From positions 1 to 29,918 of the forward strand of contig JBLGBN010000010.1 of assembly GCA_047617745.1 (NCBI GenBank): a DNA stretch of 29,918 bases. The letters run 5' to 3'. Origin of the DNA: Candidatus Nanohaloarchaea archaeon (GTDB lineage: Archaea; Nanohalarchaeota; Nanosalinia; Nanosalinales; Nanosalinaceae). Numbering within the stretch: the stretch's first letter is position 1; each line of letters starts with the position of its first letter. The translations under genes and the position numbers were made by a program. Shown piece by piece: positions 25,640-29,918 of this stretch. Below the pieces are notes generated by a model, which saw only the letters and a program-made list of their open reading frames with translations, had not been told where the DNA came from and did no database searches.

Positions 25640-27331
25640 GTGAGCTCTGGACACAGCGACGATAACCCTGAATTCGGGCACATATTCGAGGTCTACGATC
25701 ATGATGGAACAGAAGACGCTGGAGCGAAGCCTGGATTGAGAGAAAAGATCAAGAAGGGGGAGATTCAGAGCCTTTCAGAGCTTGAAAAAGAAAATGATGG
25801 AAGCGATTTTCTACGGCCCATAATGGGAGATGCCTACAAAACCCTCAAGGTATCCGCAAGATCACAGGGGATGCCCGCAACTTTCATCATGATAGCTGCA
25901 GACAAGTTCGATGACGACTGGGGATGGAATATACCTAAAACAGATGAACAGCTGTTCGTGACACCGCAGAGCCATCTTCACGACGAGTTCATGCAGAGAA
26001 GACAGCAGGCGGAACAGAATGTCAGACAGGCAATGCAGGGCCTGGAACAGCTCAGGAAAAGCAAACACCTTCTGCAGCACGATATCCGGAAGCTCAGAAG
26101 CAAGGTAGAGGACCTCAAAACGGGCGAGGAAACCACCATTAAAGGCGATTTCATAGAGCTTGTCGACTCAGCGGGTGGAGGACAGCAGGGATCCGCACCA
26201 GGCTCACTCGATTTCCTGAGAAACAATAACATCTATCCATCTATAGTCGCTGACTTTCAGGAAATGAACTCGGTTGACGACCTCCTATCCGCCGAGAAGA
26301 AAGCAGATAAACAGGGCGGAGATCCTGAAGACTATGAAGACGGACCGTTAGCCAACCTGCCTGAAAACGAGAAAGCGGTCCTGAAGAAGAAGTACACCAT
26401 GTACGAGAAATGGAAGGATCTCTACGGCAGCGAGATCGAGAGAAAACTTGACGATCTCAAAAAAGAACTGAGAAGAATAGAAACCGCTATAGAGGAGCAG
26501 AAGAAACAGACCGCACCCTACGTCCGGGACATGGTGATGATCAACAACAAATCTGAAGACGAACTCGCAGCCGATATGGACCGCTACTTCCAGTTCAAGG
26601 GCGATTCAACCACTTTCAAAAATATCGAATACATCGCACACCAGGCCTTCCAGAAAAAACACGGAGAGTTAGTCGAGTGCAGCCCTGGGGACGCAACCCA
26701 TTACAAGATGGTTTACATCCATGCAGTCCATGTCAACATGGCAGTAGGAGAGAACCCTCAGACACCGGCAGAGGGGCCTACAGCTGCAAAAATATTCTAC
26801 TTCCCGGCGCTAGTCGATAAGTTCACTTTCGAGAATATATTCAAGGAGAAGATCAACAGACAGAAAGACCGCTTCAAGGAACTGATGAACAACTATACAG
26901 GAGAGTTCCAGAACAAGAAAGGAGACGAATTCCAGAAAGCGAGAGAGGAGAAAGGTCTGACGATAAGAAAGCTCAGAGAGAAAGTTGGGGAAGAGCTGGG
27001 CGAAGATACAAAACCACCTCTCGAGTTCTCCTCAACTATAAGAAGAATTGAGGACGACTTCGACCACCCCTCAGTTATAGAAGATAAGTACGGTGAGGAG
27101 TATCTGGAGGCTATTGACGAAATACTTGAAACAGAGTTCAGCAAGGACGAAAACGAAGATAACGGGCTCTCCAAAATCCAGAGGAAGATGAAGCTATTCA
27201 CAGGTCAGGAGGACAAATACTATCTCCCCAGCGGTGAACAGGAAGAACTGATAGAGGACATGACCTACCGACTCAAGTTCTCCTACTACTTCGACCTGAA
27301 GCAAACGCTCGGACTTTACACAATGAAGTAA
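25640..27331 (+). CDS. Uncharacterised coiled-coil protein with an internal Cro/XRE-like HTH
   Basis: 563-aa ORF with GTG start and TTTAAG 25 nt upstream; two long helical heptad segments; FQKAREEKGLTIRKLREKVG...STIRRIE. Confidence 0.85.
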   Translation: MSSGHSDDNPEFGHIFEVYDHDGTEDAGAKPGLREKIKKGEIQSLSELEKENDGSDFLRPIMGDAYKTLKVSARSQGMPATFIMIAADKFDDDWGWNIPKTDEQLFVTPQSHLHDEFMQRRQQAEQNVRQAMQGLEQLRKSKHLLQHDIRKLRSKVEDLKTGEETTIKGDFIELVDSAGGGQQGSAPGSLDFLRNNNIYPSIVADFQEMNSVDDLLSAEKKADKQGGDPEDYEDGPLANLPENEKAVLKKKYTMYEKWKDLYGSEIERKLDDLKKELRRIETAIEEQKKQTAPYVRDMVMINNKSEDELAADMDRYFQFKGDSTTFKNIEYIAHQAFQKKHGELVECSPGDATHYKMVYIHAVHVNMAVGENPQTPAEGPTAAKIFYFPALVDKFTFENIFKEKINRQKDRFKELMNNYTGEFQNKKGDEFQKAREEKGLTIRKLREKVGEELGEDTKPPLEFSSTIRRIEDDFDHPSVIEDKYGEEYLEAIDEILETEFSKDENEDNGLSKIQRKMKLFTGQEDKYYLPSGEQEELIEDMTYRLKFSYYFDLKQTLGLYTMK

Positions 27332-27333
27332 AG

Positions 27334-29918
27334 ATGAAAGGACCAAAATTCATACTCAGCCGGCTGAAAGAGAACTTCGATGTATCAGAGGAAGAAGAGC
27401 AGGAAGGCTTCCCCGACATGAATTATCTAATCGGTAACTCCTCAGCCATGGATATAGGGGAGGTACCAACCCCTATGGATGAAAGAATTGGTTACGCCGC
27501 ACAGGTCGGAGGATCAGTCATGGAGCTGCAGATAACCAACCCTGCGACGTTCACACTGGAAAGAGACGCCATGATTTCAACCATAGACCAGTTAGGTATT
27601 GATGTAACGCTCCACAGCGACATGAACGCCGGTTACACTACAGCCTATAAAACGGGTGCAGGGGAAAGCTATGGATACGATACAGTCGAGCAGTACTTCA
27701 CCGAATACCTTCAGGAACTGGCCGGATTCAAGAAAGAAGTAGAAAGACGGGGAAACGGAGAACCGCTATTCAACATTGGAAGAATAAACCCGCATATATC
27801 AACCAGTCCGCTACCAGCTCTCAATGAGAGGATGGCACAGGATGTTGCTGTTGACCCATTCGGCTTTGAAATCAACGACTACGACGAAAACGCAAGAAAA
27901 CAGAGAAACAAAGAAAGCCGGAATATCTACAAAAACCCGGAATTCCTGCGGAAACTATACCACACCTTATTCCTCGAGGTCTCCAACTATCCCTTCCAGC
28001 AGTACCAGACATTTGCCTCATACTCCAATGAGTTCGATCAGGAATGGCTGAAAGCACAGCATAGAGCTGCTGAGAAATTACTAAAGAAAGAGACGGATAC
28101 TCTGGACGATATAATAGGAACAATACTAACCGCTAGAAGGCAAGACCAGGGCATTGAAAGCGCTTGGCTTGAATTAATTGACGACAAAAGTGTTGGAACG
28201 GAAGTCCCTATATACGAGATAGAATTTGATACAGAAGGTGAAGATCTTCAGTACAGCATAGATAAAAAAGGTAGTTTTTCGGGCATAAAAGAAACGCTCA
28301 CAGCTTTAACCGGTTCTGATAGTCCGGGACTTGCCAGTGTTGGGAGAGCCGTCAATCAGATAACGGAATTTAATGTTGAGAGTATTATTATTAATGATCA
28401 AACAGATCTTGCAAGACTGAGAAACTCTGGCAAATGGGGTGAGATAAAAGCGGATATTAACTCCCGAATCGATCGAGAAGAAATTAGTACAAAGCTTGAG
28501 TCCAGCATAAGAGAAGCTTTGATAGAATTATGGGGTGGAAATGGCGGCGGTGATCCTGATAAACAGTACATTTCTCAAGATGCGAAATGGAACGCGCTTC
28601 AGAGCCATCTAGAGATACAGCAAATAAGAATCTTTGAGAATGCCTACAACATTGGTAGAGAAGAATATGACATTGAGGAGCTTGCTGAGGATGTTTTCAG
28701 CGGCGCAGATATGTCCCTTTTCGATGCAAAAGAAAGAGAACACATAGAAGATGCCGAAGAAATGCATGAGGATATGCTTGAAAGGCTTTTGACAGGGCAG
28801 CAGTTCCAGAGGGAGATGTGGAAGGAGTCAAAGATCTTCTACCAGATTATACCTGCGTGGATGTCCTCCAGCAGTAACGATAGTCATGAAAACCACCAAG
28901 GTTGGGATGCTCCCGAATTCATCTGGGAGACGGTTATAGAGAGTAAGTGGGGAGAAAAGGAAGATATCGATCTTGATCTGACTGATCCACGGAACGGTGT
29001 TGATGGCGGCGATAACCATTTCATGGATCTTCTGGAGAATGACAGAGAGTTCCAGATGGATGTCGCGGCGGCTGTCGGTGCGTGCTACGCCTGGGCTCAC
29101 TTCACCCAGAGAAAGAATCGGTTTGATCTAAAGGGTCGTGACTTCGGATTAAGTCAGAGCGAACAGAGCGAGGTAGAGAACAAAGGCTGGACATGGATGA
29201 AGTGGATGAACAGGTTTGGCATTGGTGTCAATCTTGAGACGATGGCAGGAGGCCCTCAGCAGAAGTTCAAGATCTGGAGGCCGAAAGATATTGCTGTAAC
29301 TGCGCACGCTATCAATATGACTGCTAGGAAAGAGTTAGATGAGCTGAACGACGAGATTGATGGCCGACCGGCGAAGTTCACAATTGATATGGAACACGTC
29401 GCTACAATGGGCGCTCCTCCGATGAAGGAGATGGAGAGGTTCTTCGATCAGGAAGACGAGCTAGCCGAGGAGAGGCCTGAACTGGAGATAGATGAAGACA
29501 AACCTGTTGCAAAGGTTCTGCGGCAGATGCATCTAATGGACCCAGGTGTTGAAGGTCAGAGAGGTACGTACCACGGCGCCTTCGACCGGGGCAACAAACA
29601 GCTTTACGAATGGCTTTACAGGTTTGTTGAGAAAGGTTTCACACGTAACGAGAACGAGCCTGGAACAGTATTATTCGAACTGGCAGAGCATAAAGGCGAG
29701 TCAAGTTACATGATGCGTATCACCATGAACATGATCGAGCTCGGGATTAAACCAGAGGAGGTTACTCCTGATAATGTTGATCCAAGCCGGGACGAATATA
29801 AGGATGAAAGGGAGGCTCTTATAGCCCGTTTCTTCGGTATGGACAAGGCAAATTACAGCAAGGAGTGGGCCAAGATAGAGGAGCATGCGTTTGACCCGCT
29901 TGAGGGATTACTTGAGGC
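27334..29918 (+). CDS. Giant AP-endonuclease-2/xylose-isomerase-like TIM-barrel protein with a large insertion, 3'-truncated (not in ORF track)
   Basis: Frame read by hand is open for 861 codons from ATG 27334 (2 nt after the upstream stop) to the window end. Motifs: GIDVTLH, INPH, VNLE, FTIDMEH, QMHLMD, TYH and TVLFE. Confidence 0.85.
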   Translation, partial: MKGPKFILSRLKENFDVSEEEEQEGFPDMNYLIGNSSAMDIGEVPTPMDERIGYAAQVGGSVMELQITNPATFTLERDAMISTIDQLGIDVTLHSDMNAGYTTAYKTGAGESYGYDTVEQYFTEYLQELAGFKKEVERRGNGEPLFNIGRINPHISTSPLPALNERMAQDVAVDPFGFEINDYDENARKQRNKESRNIYKNPEFLRKLYHTLFLEVSNYPFQQYQTFASYSNEFDQEWLKAQHRAAEKLLKKETDTLDDIIGTILTARRQDQGIESAWLELIDDKSVGTEVPIYEIEFDTEGEDLQYSIDKKGSFSGIKETLTALTGSDSPGLASVGRAVNQITEFNVESIIINDQTDLARLRNSGKWGEIKADINSRIDREEISTKLESSIREALIELWGGNGGGDPDKQYISQDAKWNALQSHLEIQQIRIFENAYNIGREEYDIEELAEDVFSGADMSLFDAKEREHIEDAEEMHEDMLERLLTGQQFQREMWKESKIFYQIIPAWMSSSSNDSHENHQGWDAPEFIWETVIESKWGEKEDIDLDLTDPRNGVDGGDNHFMDLLENDREFQMDVAAAVGACYAWAHFTQRKNRFDLKGRDFGLSQSEQSEVENKGWTWMKWMNRFGIGVNLETMAGGPQQKFKIWRPKDIAVTAHAINMTARKELDELNDEIDGRPAKFTIDMEHVATMGAPPMKEMERFFDQEDELAEERPELEIDEDKPVAKVLRQMHLMDPGVEGQRGTYHGAFDRGNKQLYEWLYRFVEKGFTRNENEPGTVLFELAEHKGESSYMMRITMNMIELGIKPEEVTPDNVDPSRDEYKDEREALIARFFGMDKANYSKEWAKIEEHAFDPLEGLLE

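Noticed and set aside
27790..29240. Intein as the explanation for the TIM-barrel insertion
   Set aside because: No intein splice-junction motifs (N-terminal C/S, C-terminal HN followed by C/S/T) or LAGLIDADG motif were visible.
449..29886. Many short alternative-frame ORFs in the track (e.g. 449-706, 7302-7814, 11595-11900, 17856-18176, 23769-24254, 26893-27201, 28828-29100)
   Set aside because: They are antisense or out-of-frame shadows of well-supported genes; the Ser/Phe/Leu richness is what the reverse complement of acidic codons produces.
1..29918. tRNA, rRNA, CRISPR array or IS element
   Set aside because: Intergenic gaps are all about 110 nt or less, with no cloverleaf, repeat-spacer pattern, transposase or integrase recognised by eye; tRNAscan-SE/Infernal would confirm.

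Overview
Gene-dense window from a halophilic archaeon: the proteome is strongly D/E-rich, aRF1, S17e and an archaeal-type MAT are present, and TATA-like boxes sit about 25 nt upstream of several start codons. The compact layout and an apparently moderate GC content (judged by eye) suggest a Nanohaloarchaeota (DPANN) genome; this taxonomic call is inference. Housekeeping genes cover translation (alaX, rps17e, metG, valS, prf1), nucleotide clean-up and metabolism (Nudix, HAD-IIA, ITPase-like, dcd, mat, tatD), NurA, two MBL hydrolases, an ArsB/NhaD transporter and DedA. Two surface proteins stand out: a vWA+CARDB protein with a PGF-CTERM-like anchor and a secreted gluzincin. The right end (24.5-29.9 kb) holds an uncharacterised locus: a small membrane protein, a 53-aa ORF, an N/Q/G/S-rich disordered protein, a 563-aa coiled-coil/HTH protein and a >861-aa ORF missing from the ORF track. 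That last ORF is an AP-endonuclease-2/xylose-isomerase-type TIM barrel split by a ~480-aa insertion. Two reading-frame anomalies (the metG 5' end and a TIM-barrel gene at 14.1 kb) and two small unannotated ORFs were found. No rRNA, tRNA, CRISPR array or mobile element was recognised.
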